This document shows positions 16,224-41,116 of a stretch of 64,000 bases of DNA, one piece after another (within the stretch, counting starts at the first letter, position 1; every line of letters begins with the position of its first letter). The position numbers and the translations under genes were made by a program. Where the stretch lies: assembly GCA_963693365.1 (NCBI GenBank), contig CAVNZM010000018.1:1235861-1299860 (forward strand), read 5' to 3'. Source of the DNA: Amoebidium appalachense. Lineage: Eukaryota; Protista; Ichthyosporea. The notes below the pieces were generated by a model. The model had not been told where the DNA came from. It worked only from the letters and a program-made list of their open reading frames with translations, and searched no databases.

Positions 16224-16525
16224 CCCCCCCCCCCCCCTCCCCCCCTCCCCCCCCCCCCCCCCCACCCACCCACCCCACCCCACACCCTTGACAGGCATGT
16301 GTGTATGGAGCCTATCCGTAAGAGGAGGAGGGGGTGGGGGGAGGGGGGTGGATTTCGAAGGGGGAAGGGGAGGGGGGCTAGAATTAGGGGGGAGGGGGAG
16401 GGGGGTCCTTAGGGGCCATGTGGGGGGGGGGGGGATCTATGCGCTGCACGCACCTTGAACGATTCGTTTGCGTTCATACACTCCCGGACTGAGGCGTGTG
16501 CGTAGATCTCTTCCGTGCGCGACAT
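5377..16525 (-). CDS. Multi-pass membrane protein, TLC (TRAM/LAG1/CLN8)-like, ~234 aa, 6 coding exons
   Basis: Exons 16454-16525, 13195-13284, 8408-8582, 7180-7354, 6224-6309 and 5377-5483 all have AG/GT ends and compatible phases. They give [144 protein letters not shown].../WLWQVYY.../[15 protein letters not shown]...*. The Y..xD...HH arrangement in hydrophobic helices is TLC-like; the family call is less certain than the gene model. Confidence 0.8.
6480..6690 (-). mobile_element. Structured repeat, diverged subfamily 2 copy
   Basis: Contains agagcccatcctcagg...gtcatccacagtacccgagtttcgaccc...aacgaaacccaac, shared with 8062-8311 and 24396-24655. Confidence 0.65.
8062..8311 (-). mobile_element. 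Structured repeat, subfamily 2 copy (a further fragment lies at ~7870-7981)
   Basis: On the + strand it starts G-run+tttgaatgcg like subfamily 1, and the core aligns through gtcttgatc..agacgagcagggttgcttatgca with many substitutions. Confidence 0.75.
8816..9859 (-). mobile_element. Cluster of subfamily 1 structured repeats: full unit 8816-9240, head-to-tail partial 9249-9335, second full unit 9429-9859
   Basis: Each unit starts (on +) G-run+ttgaatgcggaacac; full units end ctgaaagaagacag. The cluster lies inside a TLC-like gene intron. Confidence 0.85.
9869..12915. repeat. ~3-kb G-rich minisatellite with a 22-24 bp unit (GT)nAGAGGGGAAATG
   Basis: More than 100 visible units; the central portions are noisy or degenerate. 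This is the source of the spurious 1239-aa ORF. Confidence 0.95.
14245..14550. repeat. ~71-bp AT-rich tandem repeat, ~4 copies decaying rightwards
   Basis: gcagtccgcatgct(g)cacccacctt...tgttaaaatcgataaaaatagactgttgta.gttact recurs at ~14248, 14318, 14390 and 14457. Confidence 0.85.
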
Positions 16526-17174
16526 TTTTCAATGGCCTCCAGGTGCCTCTTGCACGTGCGCAAACAGTATTTCCTCCCGCGTTGAAAATAGCTCTTCGGT
16601 GCAGAAATAAAACAGTGAATGATGTTACGGTAAATAGCGAGCGGCTGAATGAACCTGTAAAGGGTTGATGGCAAACCCTTTGTGACTGCCACCTGTAACA
16701 CCCCCAACTTACGATGTTCCCAAACACCTGCCGAGAGGCAAGATGTCAAGAAACTGAGCGTGTGCTTTTGGCGGGAACAGGAGATAATGTGCCTGCCTTT
16801 GGGGGGGAAAACGCTACTGAAACAGGTGATAGCAGGTGTCAAAAAACACACACAGAGAAACGTTGGCTGGAAAGCGTTCTAAATTCTCAGTGATTGGGGC
16901 CGTGATGATTTTGATGTTTTATCTAAACGCTGCTGTGGTGAAGACAAATAAAATGAATATATTCACCATGGAAAAAAATGGTTAACAAAAACAGTAACTA
17001 GAGAAAAATAAATAAACTGGAAGGCATATATATAGACATCTACACCTGTCAAATAGCTGTGCTATATTTCACGTGAGTGCTGCATGTCTATGCCGGGGGT
17101 GTCAGTCTGTCAGATAGAAACGGATCCGGCAGGAACGCAAAGAACACTGCAACCTTCGTGCTTAGGCGTGACCC

Positions 17175-17250
17175 GTATCCAATGAGCAAGGGCTTACGAA
17201 TAAAATGGCGTTGATTGGATTAGATAAGCGCTCAGCGACCAATCGTATCG
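17175..17250. promoter_or_regulatory. CCAAT-box cluster near the putative 5' end of the TLC-like gene
   Basis: ccaatgag, tgattgga and ccaatcg occur within ~70 bp of repeat-free sequence upstream of the start codon. Confidence 0.3.
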
Positions 17251-17661
17251 CTCAGGGCAAAGCATTTATGGTCGTATGACGCGGCAACTGAACGTAGAAA
17301 ACCGTCTTGTTACCCGGTATCTTACTCCAGATGTACAGGTGAGGGCGTGACCCGCTCGACGCAGACGTGCATCCCCACCAAGATGGTGGGAGTGATGATA
17401 AATTTTGTAAAACAGTATTGTCAGTAACGGTGTTGTAAAACAGCAGTGTTGCCCGAATGTGAGCATAACACTCTAAGCTAGAGAGTACACACGAGGGTTG
17501 GCTCTCCTTGTCATTTGCTCAGTTCAAGGACCCATACCTGATGAAACATTGGTTGAGCTTACTCGGGTTGCTTGATATTATACATATAGTACGTTATTTT
17601 TTTCATAGAGCTACCTGGACTACGTTATATCCGCGGCTGATCGTTGGCAGTTTCACGTTCC

Positions 17662-17692
<31 letters not shown>

Positions 17693-17847
17693 ACTCCACA
17701 CCTTCGTGAGTCCTTCCCTCCACTCACGTATACGCTTGCACGCATGTCCGCACGCACTCAAGCACTCTCGCACACATAACCGCACGGACGCAGACACTGC
17801 AGGCTACCCACACACTTGGAGAAGCATACCCTTTTCTCCCCCCCCAA

Positions 17848-18090
17848 CGGGTTGACCCGCCCAAGTTCAGTTGATGCTGCTGTCTGAGTTGGAGCGTCGT
17901 ATATACGCGGGCTAAGGGGTCGAAACTCAGACGCAATTGATGACTTGGGTCCTCCCTGAGGATGGGCTCTGCTTATGACGCATAATGTGCACATGGCTGA
18001 TGTTGCATACTTGAATGTTTGCCTTTGCATGTGTCCTGCACCATGCTTCTCGTCGTGTATGCGTACTTCGTACCGTGTTCCGCATTCAAA
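17848..18090 (+). mobile_element. Structured repeat, subfamily 1, truncated copy
   Basis: Runs cgggttgacccgcccaag...gcattcaaa followed by cccccaccc. Confidence 0.8.
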
Positions 18091-18670
18091 CCCCCACCCT
18101 TCTTTCCCCGTTTTTACCCCCAGGGATCGGTGGGGAAAGCAGATGGTGTTAGGATGAGGGGAAGGATTGGGGAGTGGGGGAGGGGGGAAAGAGAGGGAGG
18201 GAGGGACGGAGCGAGAGAGAAAGAGAGAGGGAGGAAGGGAGGGAGGGAGGGAGGGAGGGATGAGAGGGAGGGAGGGAGGGAGGGGGAGAGAGAGGAAGGG
18301 AGGAGGGAGGGGGGAGGTAGGGAGGGACGCTTGAGAGAGAGGGGGGGAGAGAGAGAGAGAGAGAGAGGGAGGGAGGGAGGGAGAGAGGGAGGGAGGAAGG
18401 GAGGGAGAGTGAAAGAGAGAGAGAGAGAGAGAGAGAGGCAGAGAGAGAGAGACCAATAGATTAAGTTCTTGTCACTACCGATGGGTCAAACTACTGGAAC
18501 ACTGAAAAACATCATGAGATTGCCAACAAGAATTTGGGCCGTTGATGCACTCCACTACCTCACGTCACCTGCATAAACCTTATCTGTTTTTTGTCCGATG
18601 TGCATATTCTCCCAATCCAACTCATCAGGCCCCCCTGAAACCGAAACATATTCAGGGTTGTTGTGTGGGT

Positions 18671-18750
18671 AATATATAACGAGGAGGCCCTTTGATGCCA
18701 TAACACGCGGCCGGGTGTTATGGCATCAAAGGGCCTCCTCGTTATATATT
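18671..18750. repeat. Perfect inverted repeat with 36-bp arms and an 8-nt loop
   Basis: aatatataacgaggaggccctttgatgccataacac-gcggccgg-gtgttatggcatcaaagggcctcctcgttatatatt. Confidence 0.95.
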
Positions 18751-18992
18751 GCAGTTTACCACTACGGATCGATATCATCGTTTCTAGCACGGCGTTTTTC
18801 AACCTTGCATGTTTTACAGCTCACATGCGTGCTGGCCATCACTTCAAGTATATAGTTGTGACTGGTCTTCGCTTCTACACGATTTTAAAATACTTGTGGA
18901 ACACACGCAGTTCTTGAAGGGTGCGGCGGGTCTCAACATGTACGTGTGATGGGTCGCTAGGCACTGTGGGATGAAGGAGAGAGTGTCTGACG

Positions 18993-19040
<48 letters not shown>

Positions 19041-20030
19041 GGGGAGGGCTGGTGGCGGTTTTACAGGCATATGCGCAGCCACTTCTCGGATTGTCACAGA
19101 ACCGCCTAATATGCAAAGTTATTCAGTGTGACACAAACACACAAAGAACTTGAGTTGCACGCACGCAAGAACGCACGCACGCACGCACGTGTACAAACGG
19201 ACAAAGTCACGACCATTACTCGACTCGGGTGGAGTACAGTAAGTTGTGTCGGTGTGCCGTGGAACGGGCAGCTCGAGAGATTTTTCAACTTTTTTCTGCC
19301 TCAGTAGGATTACTGTGACACTCAGCGACGGACACTGACTGAGAACAAAAACGTTTGCGCAAACAATCGAAATCTGTTCTGCGGACATTTGACTGGCTCT
19401 CAGCTCAATGATCTGACACAGATCTGTGCCAAAGCGATTGCTGATTGGCTTAGGTTTTGTTACCGCGTTATCCACGAAAACCAAGCAACAAGCACATGCA
19501 CATAAAAATAAAAACTAACAAGCACCGCTTCAACTTGACAACTTGAGTTCAAAAGTGAGTGGCCGCCACAAAGCAGGCCGGCCAGAGAAAATCAAGTTGC
19601 CCAACGTTGTAAGCGGTATAAAGGGATTAATATATTAAGTGTTTTCCTTTCGTCACCGCGCTGAGAACATTTGAGGCTGTGAGAGACACGGTTTAGACTC
19701 AAAGATAATCCCATTAGCTTACATGTTATGTTCTTCCATCGATCTAAGGGAACATAAAAATAAAAATCTGAAATAGAAAGGCTTAGTTTTTGCGTAGGTG
19801 GATATTTTAACTTGTAGGGTAATGGTCAGACGACTTGATAGGGGATAGTTCAGATACATAGTGGTCTTACACTCTAGGTGTTCTTCCACAGGCAAACCGT
19901 TTCCACCACCATTTCAGAATCTTAGATCTACAAACGAAGGCAAGACCCCTTTCCCGGTTTAACTAGGAGTTTATCCAAGAAAACAAACGCACGCACGCGA
20001 GATTTCAACACTTTACATGCTCTCAGAAAA

Positions 20031-20705
20031 ATGGCGCCATCTACCCCTATTCAAGCTCTTGTTACCACACTCATCCTCTCTCTGCTTACCCACCCATCCT
20101 CGAGCATTCCCACACACCGCCAACCCCTACACATTATCCATCGCGCGAAGAGAGACTCCGCCGTTTCTCCTAATCCCTCCTCGACGCGTTTTGCACCCAC
20201 ACAAGTCGCCATAAGAACTCTCTATCTGGGTAGCGACGATTGCAAATCACGTCTAACTCGCTCAGAGGTGTTTCTATTGGGTGCATGTCACACATACTTT
20301 ATACCCATTACGAAAGCGGAGAGGCCGGGGACAAAGCAGCCACTGCCCCTACCCTCTCGACACCAACCGGCAAAACCGGCCCCAGGACCGTTAAGGTAAC
20401 AACCAATAAGGGAACGGTTACGCACACCATATATGGTCTTGGTGGGTGTGTAGAGGGGCGCGGTGCCGTTAATGCCACCACGGCCAACCACAAGCACCTT
20501 ACGCAGGTGTCTTCTCCTATTGGCCACTGCATGACAAACGACGACCCATATTTGGTAAACCCCCCCCCCCCCCTCTCCCCCGCCCAAGAAGTGTGCGAGT
20601 TTTTCTTTTTCTTTCATTTTTTTCCCCCTATCTACTCGGGAACTTGACATAACCACCACCTCCGTGCCCCTATGTAGCCCCCCCCCCCCCCCCCCCCCCC
20701 CCCTT

Positions 20706-20783
<78 letters not shown>

Positions 20784-20963
20784 TACATACACACACACAC
20801 ATACACACGTGTTCTTTGTTCCATGTTATGGTATGATTTTGAGCTTTTTTTTTTTCTTTTTTTTTTTGTTGATGATTCTGTATTTTGTCCTTTGGTGTCT
20901 CTTCCTTTTTTTCCAACTCTCTAATGCATACATCACTCCTTTCCTCCCCGCCCTCCCCCGCCT

Positions 20964-20994
<31 letters not shown>

Positions 20995-21944
20995 TTCCCC
21001 CTCCCCTCGCGGGCTGCCTCCCACACTCACCACTAACGCTACCGCTGAGGCTTGCACGTCTTTTCGTGAGGTGTCACGTGAGTGCACATTATCACACGTG
21101 GTGCACCATCACAACGCATATGTTTTACTGCCCCATATTTGCACGCGCCCCGACATTTAATGCACCCACATTCCTACTTATTCGATACATATTCCAGTCG
21201 AATTCTTCGTATTTTGCTTCCCAACACATGAATACTAATACAGTGCCCACCACCACCACCTAACAGGTTAACGGTGTTGCCTGGAACACAAGTTTCATTT
21301 GGTCGATTGCCGATTTCACCTATGATTTCAACCAACCAAGCCCTGTTGGCGGCCAAATTCGCTATCTGCTCCCCAAAAACCGCACCCCCTCCCAAGAAAA
21401 ACCCACAAGCTGCCCGAAAATAAATCTCAAAGGGACAATTTCCAATAGCACGGTGCGTGCTTACGCAATCGGAAAATGCCAAAAACTGGCCGATTCGTGG
21501 GTGACGGCGTTAGATTTCGATGAAAATTCCTCAAATTTCACCGCTCCTGCGCGTACTCAATGGGTTAAAGCGATCGCAATTTCGAACGAAACGTATGTAA
21601 CGAGAAGGTTTTTCGATGCGAAATGTATTTTTCCTGTTGCGGAATCCGACACGATTGAGAAATACGGGGATTGTCGTGTGGTAAATCGGAAGCACAAATC
21701 ACCCATGTTGGTGGTTGTGGGGTTTAAACAGGCAATGCGTAAGAATCTCCCCCCCCCCCCCCCCCCCCCCTTGCTCCCCGTGTGTGCAAAATCTGGCTTG
21801 TGTTGTCCAATATGAATGTTTTCTTCGTACTCTATACTGCATTCTACACCTCCCCTCCTCCCTCCCCCCCTCCCCCCCGCGCCCCCACCCTTCCCTTTTC
21901 CCCCGGCTTTTGCTTACGAGGTTCTGTGGCGTCTGACCAAGTGC

Positions 21945-22023
<79 letters not shown>

Positions 22024-22502
22024 CTGTTTGTGTATGAGGAATCACTCCATGCTCACGCCTGCAAAGTTTGTTTCGTGCCTCTGCCTGCTAAAAAGGACCT
22101 TGGAATGCACAAATACTCCATTATGCTTATGCACACACCAACACAATTAAATTCCTCCCGTGTCATTCTATACCCCTCCCCACCTTAACCCGGAAAACTC
22201 TTTCATGTTGTAAACGACATTCTACCCTCACGCCATATTCTCACACATTCTCAGCTTCCGGGATGTACACAGTGTCACCGGCACATGGGCAAAAATACCC
22301 ACGCACACACCAAACAACACACAACACACACACAGACACACACATACACACACACACACGCAAGCACATACACCACTCACACGCACGCATAGCGCGCACG
22401 CACGAGCACTTGCAAGGAGTCAGGCGCACACAGGCACACACACCACAAACGCTCGCGCCTCACATACACGTACGCACGCACACATGCATGCACGCGAACA
22501 CA

Positions 22503-22548
<46 letters not shown>

Positions 22549-22764
22549 TACACAGATTGAAAACACACCGCGTGCACGCACACAACGCATGCACACACAA
22601 ACCGCACGGTGCACACACACATACAAACATACATGCACACGCGCGCGCGCACACACACACACACAAGACACACACACACACGCGAGCGCACACAGGCACA
22701 CACACCACAAACGCTCGCGCCTCACATACACGTACGCACGCACACATGCATGCACGCGAACACA

Positions 22765-22804
<40 letters not shown>

Positions 22805-22978
22805 TACACAGATTGAAAACACACCGCGTGCACGCACACAACGCATGCACACACAAACCGCACGGTGCACACACACATACAAACATACATGCACACGCGC
22901 GCGCGCACACACACACACAAGACACACACACACACGCGAGCACACCACATGCTGAAACAAAGATTTCCACTGCACTCG

Positions 22979-23025
<47 letters not shown>

Positions 23026-23422
23026 CATACCCACACCGTATTTCTCATTTCCCATTTCTCATACATTGTACTCTGTACCACGTTCTAATCTCTCCCCCCT
23101 CCCCCCCTCCCCCCCTCCCCCCCCCCCCCCCCCCCCTCTCCTCCCTCCACATATAGCCGCAACCACCGCCGCAACCCACCCCACCGCCTCCCTTCAAGTT
23201 GCCCCTTTCACACCTCGAGCAGAGACCGCCTTCCCGCGCCCCACCCACTCTTCCTCATCGGCACAAACCACACCTTCCATAAATGGTAATGTTCCGAGCA
23301 CGGCAGGTGACTTAGCAACCAATCTGATCGGAGCAACGACAACGGCTGCGAAAGTTGCGACCACTACTGCTTGGGGGTTCGTTGCTATGGAAACCATGCC
23401 TGCACCCCCACAAAAACCTTAG
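20031..23422 (+). CDS. Secreted Cys-containing protein with a Thr/Ala-rich C-terminus; apparent frameshift near 20300 (assembly indel or pseudogene)
   Basis: Signal-peptide-like MAPSTPIQALVTTLILSLLTHPSSS followed by an RAKR site. Coding-like sequence continues in a second frame (YESGEAGDK...YGLGGCVEG...PIGHCMTNDDPYL) to a GT donor at ~20555. Last exon ~23157-23422 (AATTAATHPTAS...PAPPQKP*). Middle exons are uncertain. Confidence 0.55.
22404..22942. repeat. ~258-bp tandem duplication of CA-rich sequence
   Basis: gcgcacacaggcacacacaccacaaacgctcg...aaactcgtacacagattgaaaacacaccg...caagacacac is present twice. Confidence 0.85.
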
Positions 23423-23791
23423 GGTGATATGATGATATAAACCAAGCAAAGTTTTAGTACGCAGACGGAAAGCTAGGATGGTAAAGTTACATGACCCGCA
23501 AAATGTAGAAAAAAGGATGTTTCGCTATGGATCAGATTGAAATATTAGTCTAGCTGCGGGCCTACTATGAATACAAACCAGTAACGATTCAAATTTCAGA
23601 TTTCTATCCACTGTATATCTGCCGAGATTTTGATACTCACGAATACTCTGGGGCAAGGAGTGTACACGTGGAGGGTGGTTTGTAAGTAATTTTCATCTGT
23701 TGTCACGATGATCTAGAACAGATCCCCGAAGGATTCGATAAATGTTTGAAACCACGTGCACATGATACTCTGTTGATATTCACGCAACCTC

Positions 23792-23988
23792 TATAAATAT
23801 TTATAGAAATATAATTGAAAGCGGGGACTTGACTTTAGTTAAACTAGAAAATTTATCGGAGATCAATTCTTAGTGGTTGTTCGTCAATTATATAAATATT
23901 TATAGAAATATGATTGAAAGCGGGGACTTGACTTTAGTTAAACTAGAAAATTTATCGGAGATCAATTCTTAGTGGTTGTTCGTCAATT
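23792..23988. repeat. ~98-bp tandem duplication
   Basis: tataaatatttatagaaat...gcggggacttgactttagttaaactag...gttcgtcaatta occurs twice. Confidence 0.9.
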
Positions 23989-24395
23989 AAAGTTATACCT
24001 TATTACTCGATGGATGTTGTATTATGAACGCTCGCAGCATCTGCTAGCTGTACAGGTAGGATAATGTACACGTACAACCCCAAATAAAGGTCCAATGATC
24101 ATTAGCCAATTCTTATTATGGAAAAGACACACGTATATTCGCGGTCACGCTTCTGCACGCACAGATACACACCACATCCCCCCCCCCCCCCCCCCCCACT
24201 CCTCCCCCTCCCCCCGCACCTGCATAGTAAACTAGTACTATTCGAATCCTGAGCTACTAGATGTATATCATCGCGTACGTACGTGCTCGCATGTGTGTGC
24301 ATGATCGAGGGAAATCTCGGCTAGCAGCACTGAGGGTAAACTGTGGGCTAGAGGGGAAGAGGCCTAGGGGGCCGGGAGGGGGGGGGGAGGCCGGG

Positions 24396-24655
24396 GATTG
24401 CAAATGCGTTATAAATTGCCAATGACACATAAACAACAGATTACACGATGTACATAGAGTGCAAGTACCATATGATGCATAAAGAGTATGCATAATAAGG
24501 AGAGCCCATCCTCAGAGAGGGCACACGTCATCCAAATTACCCAGAGTATGCATAATAAGGAGAGCCCATCCTCAGAGAGGGCACACGTCATCCATATTAC
24601 CCGAGTTTCGACCCATTTGCCTCGTCAACGAAACCCAACTCAGATCATTGTTTCA
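24396..24655 (-). mobile_element. Structured repeat, subfamily 2 copy with an internal 60-bp duplication
   Basis: agagtatgcataataaggagagcccatcctcagagagggcacacgtcatcca occurs twice (24483, 24543), then cccgagtttcgaccc...acgaaacccaactcagat. Confidence 0.7.
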
Positions 24656-24675
24656 CCTTTTTTTTTTTTTTTTTT

Positions 24676-24722
<47 letters not shown>

Positions 24723-25490
24723 CTCAATAAATCAGCGTGATTGCACTCTAGCGAGGGCCAGAGGGCATGCCAAAGAGCATATTCACAACCAAGTCTGTAT
24801 TTGTACACATTTCCTTATATGGAGTTTGGCGTATTCCTAAAAAGGAGATCACCTCCATTTGTAGTCAAAGCCAATGATATCGTGATCCGACATCGTATTG
24901 GTGAGTAAATATAATAAATTCACGAAAACGCTAACACTGCACGCCTCTCATTCCCCACTCCAGTTTTTTTGGCATTACATATTTGCTTACAGCACACATC
25001 TGAATATACATCCTTCCACCCCTGAAAACAATACCCAACTTGAAATGAAACAGAAGAATAAAGAACGATAAAGAAGGTTTGGGTTTAGAGTTCTAACTAG
25101 GCCATCCAATCTGATTCAATACACCCTTTTTAGTTATTACTTGCCGTTTAATATGTAGAAGCCACCTACGAATTTATCTTAGTACGAACACCCTTTCCTT
25201 ATAGACCCTAAACAAGGGTCTTACACTTAACATTTAGACTGTGAAGCATTAGACCGTTGTACTACCCACCATGTGATATTACCACACATATCCTCAGTTG
25301 ATAAACATATCGTGTAAAGGGTTTTAAACCTGATCTCTTCCTGTCAGGGAAGCGCGAACTACCATAACTATGGCATGTCATCTTGCAACATACAAAAAAC
25401 CGTGGGAAAAAACATAAGGCTTTAACACTGTGATTTCACCTAAGTCTGCCAATCAAAGTTTGAACCTTAAGCACGTGTCGCACGCGCGTG

Positions 25491-25575
<85 letters not shown>

Positions 25576-25606
25576 AGTGTCACACACACACACACACACA
25601 CCTTCC

Positions 25607-37707
<12,101 letters not shown>

Positions 37708-39000
37708 TTCTGGATATTGAGGGAACGACAGGAGAGGAGGAGCAGGGGTGAGAAACGAGAGAGAAAGGGGAGGGAGAGAGAAAGGGGGAATAGAGGGAAG
37801 GGCACAGATAAAAACAATAGCAAAGGCAAGCTGAGCTCTTTCTCTGGTTATCATCCAACACATGAGGTCAAGAACAGTTCACTTACTTGGTTATGTAACA
37901 GGCTACGGCTTGACTGTCAGCTTCCAGAGACAACTAGAGCTTGTCGAAGATCGATATGCGCTAACTCTTACACAAATAACATACTGAAATAGTTCCAGTT
38001 GTTAGTTTTTCTATAATGAATACAAGACAAATGGGCTCGCACAAGTGTTCTCGCTTGCTCTCCCTACACGGTTGTGGCTACTGAAGTCCTGCTTTCGTGT
38101 ACGTGTGTCCAACGCTACTTAACCAATCCAAGCTTCCGTTTAAACTGTGCCTTTTTCACTTTCTTAAGCCCTACACACACACACTCTCTCTCCCCTACAA
38201 CAAAGCAAACACAGCGCGCCGGTCTGGTGTTGGTGCTGGGCCGGGGTGCCCAGCCAGCGGAAGACCTTGAACGTAGTCTGCAAGTAATATGCATGACATC
38301 AATGACGTCATTTACGTAAAATTTATTTAAATCAGACGTTAAGTTTTGTTGTAGAGTTTTCACAGTTAGACTACTTAACCGATCGCGATTCGCCTGCCAG
38401 CCTTTTCGATTTCGCGCGTTCAAATTTTAGCGCCTAATTCGCAGGTCGTTAAACGATTGGTTAGAGGCTGAGGTAGGTAAATATTCCATAGCCGATTCAG
38501 TAGGTATCAGAAGAGGCGTATGACCTGGCCAAGATTTTGTTGGATTGTTGGGAAAAAAAATCCAAGGACAAGGCACTATAAAAATATTTATACGCAACTT
38601 TTTACATATATTTCATGATAAGTGTGCCTAATTTCTAATATGTTTACTCTATGTCCATTGTACAGATGCCCACTGCCTGACGTGGAGCCAATGATTAGGC
38701 TACCGTCGCGGTGCAAGTGAATAATTTACTTCGCTCTCATGTGCAGATACATAAGCTCTTGCAAAGAAGGGCATCCCACACAAAACAGTTGCGTCACGTC
38801 TTTGACCGAAAGAACGAAAAGGCGATTGCTTTGCTTTCTTCAGACACTAAAATCTCCCGTTTTCCTCTTTCAAAAGGCATATACATATGAGAGGGTAACC
38901 AAGCGCTTTTGTCTAGGGTAGTAACCGGTAAGTGGGGTTACTTTTTGGTTCCACTTTGGTTCCTTATTTTATGACCACTAGCAGATTCTTTCTTTGAACG

Positions 39001-39447
39001 ATGTTTTCACAAAACTCCACTCTTCTCGCCATGGCGCCTGACACACAGGCACACAGAGCAGTGCTCAAGCGTCGTTCAACGGAGGATTTCTCTGAGCGCG
39101 CCAACAAGAGACTGCACGAAGACACCTCTTCCTTCCAGAATTCACACGTTTTTGTTGCCTATCCCTCCCCTGTCGAGCAATTTTACGAGCCTGCGTGTCT
39201 GGAGATGTGCCCCGAACCGACGTTTGAGAGACCCCGCGCAATTGCGAGAAAGCGAGTAAACGAGACAGGAGCAGTAGGCAAGGAGAATGTTGTCGAGGGG
39301 CCGGAAGAAAAGACCCTGGATGAGCGGAGTGCTTTTGACTACGGGGATGCCCTTCAGAGACAGATCAACAAGAATTTTGTCGGGAGGGCTAGGGCGTTGC
39401 ACATGGCTTACAAGGAGCAGTATCAGATGCAGGGTGAGGAAAAATGA
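39001..39447 (+). CDS. Hypothetical 148-aa hydrophilic protein, divergently oriented from the nucleoporin gene
   Basis: ATG-initiated, repeat-free ORF with ordinary composition; preceded by a probable 5' UTR intron 38928-38983 (gtaagt...tagcag). No family recognised. Confidence 0.6.
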   Translation: MFSQNSTLLAMAPDTQAHRAVLKRRSTEDFSERANKRLHEDTSSFQNSHVFVAYPSPVEQFYEPACLEMCPEPTFERPRAIARKRVNETGAVGKENVVEGPEEKTLDERSAFDYGDALQRQINKNFVGRARALHMAYKEQYQMQGEEK

Positions 39448-41016
39448 TCCCATGAATTTCTCTTGAAGAGGAAGGATTGCCGGAAATGTGGAGGTGTCAA
39501 CCAAGTTGTTGACTTTTTTCCCCGTGGGTGAAGGTGTGTGAAAGGAGTAAAATGTGCGAATGTGCCCCGACTCTTCTACCAAATGTGTGAATGTTTGTAC
39601 TGTAAATAATACTCTATAGTTGTGTTGTGTATATATGTTTGGTGTTGCAAGCCATGTTGCCATTCTATCATGGAAACCATTTAGACAGTGCGTGTTTTAT
39701 TGTCCGAAACTGACAAATAATTCTTCTTTCTAACACTAAACTGCCTGTACTGTGTAGCTGATATGGATTTTTCTTTCTATTTTACCGGCCAACTGAAAAG
39801 GAGCTTGCACGTGAAAACTTGTAGACATTTAAGTGAAATAAACTGCCTGTAAAGCTGTACACCTAGGAACTCTTTTTGCTTGTGGAAACTCATTGACTTC
39901 GAGTTATTTCATTAACTTGCTTGTAAAGCTTTACACCTGCCTGAGTTTGGGCTAGCCAAATAATAGCAACAAAACGATACTGCAAGCTGATAATCTTGCC
40001 TGCCTGGTATGCTGGACTTACCAGTTGCGTGATAAAGAGAACGCCATTCTTCAACTGTGCCTTCGAACTCGCGATTCACCTTGTGCTATGCCTAAGACTT
40101 GCACCTTTTTTTGCTATTGTTGACAAATCTGTGCCCATTAACACCTGCAGGCACTTGTTGAAAATCCATTCTCCCTCCCCCTCTCGCCCAAGTCCCACCT
40201 TCCTCTCTATTTGCACACCTACCCAGCCTTGCCAGATGGGCTTCAGCTTACTGCTCCGTTGTTGGTTTTCTGTACACAAGCTGTGAATGTGCTAATAATA
40301 GTCCATGTTGACTCGTTTTTGAGCATGTTATGGTTTGCTGTGTATTCCCGAGCTCCTTATAGTCCAGGCACACTCGTGAGCAACCCCCCCCCCCCCCCCC
40401 CCCCCCTTCCTCCCCCAACACACACACACGTAAACTATGTGAGTCGGAGTGTGTGTGGGTAGTTGGGTGGGTGTAACAATCCTCTCACCCACCCACCCAC
40501 CCCTCCCGTATGCCCCCCTTCCCTCCCCTACGACCCAAACGCAGTCATCGCGTAGCAAACACACACAGCAAGCACACACAGACACACACACGCACACACT
40601 AAACACACACAGCTTACAGACACATGTGCACACACACTCACACAAACACAAATACACACAACACACAGCACCTACACTTACATGCGGCACTTACACGTGC
40701 GCGCACACACACACACACAACACAAAGCCACACACATACACACGCATACACACACAACCCATAAACACACGGTTACTTCACTGACCATTATTCTTCCTTC
40801 CCCCCCACACCCACCCACCCCATCCCCCACCCCCCACCCTTCCTCCTCCTCCTAATGCACATTTTGCAATACTGAGAAAGTTGGTGAATGAAACCCCCCC
40901 TCGTCCCCGCCCCTCTTCCCCTCCCTCCCCCCCCCCCCCTTCCCCCTCATCCCGCCTTGTTTGTTTGCTTACTGAAAGCAGTCCCTCCCACTACTCTTGC
41001 AAAAGTGCACATATGT

Positions 41017-41116
41017 GATCAAGAATATAATAACAACCCACCCATGTTCAAGTAAAGCCGAATATGAATTGGGTTATTAGCATGCATGGTGAATGGGTCA
41101 AACTCGGGTGATGACG
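41017..41116 (+). mobile_element. Old, diverged core fragment of the structured repeat
   Basis: gatcaag...acccatgttcaagt...ttgggtt...ggtgaatgggtcaaactcgggt.gatgac aligns to the reverse complement of ~8180-8278. Confidence 0.6.

Noticed and set aside
21268-21742. Possible degenerate TIR or piggyBac-like element
   Set aside because: The terminal similarity is too weak and no paired TTAA ends were found.
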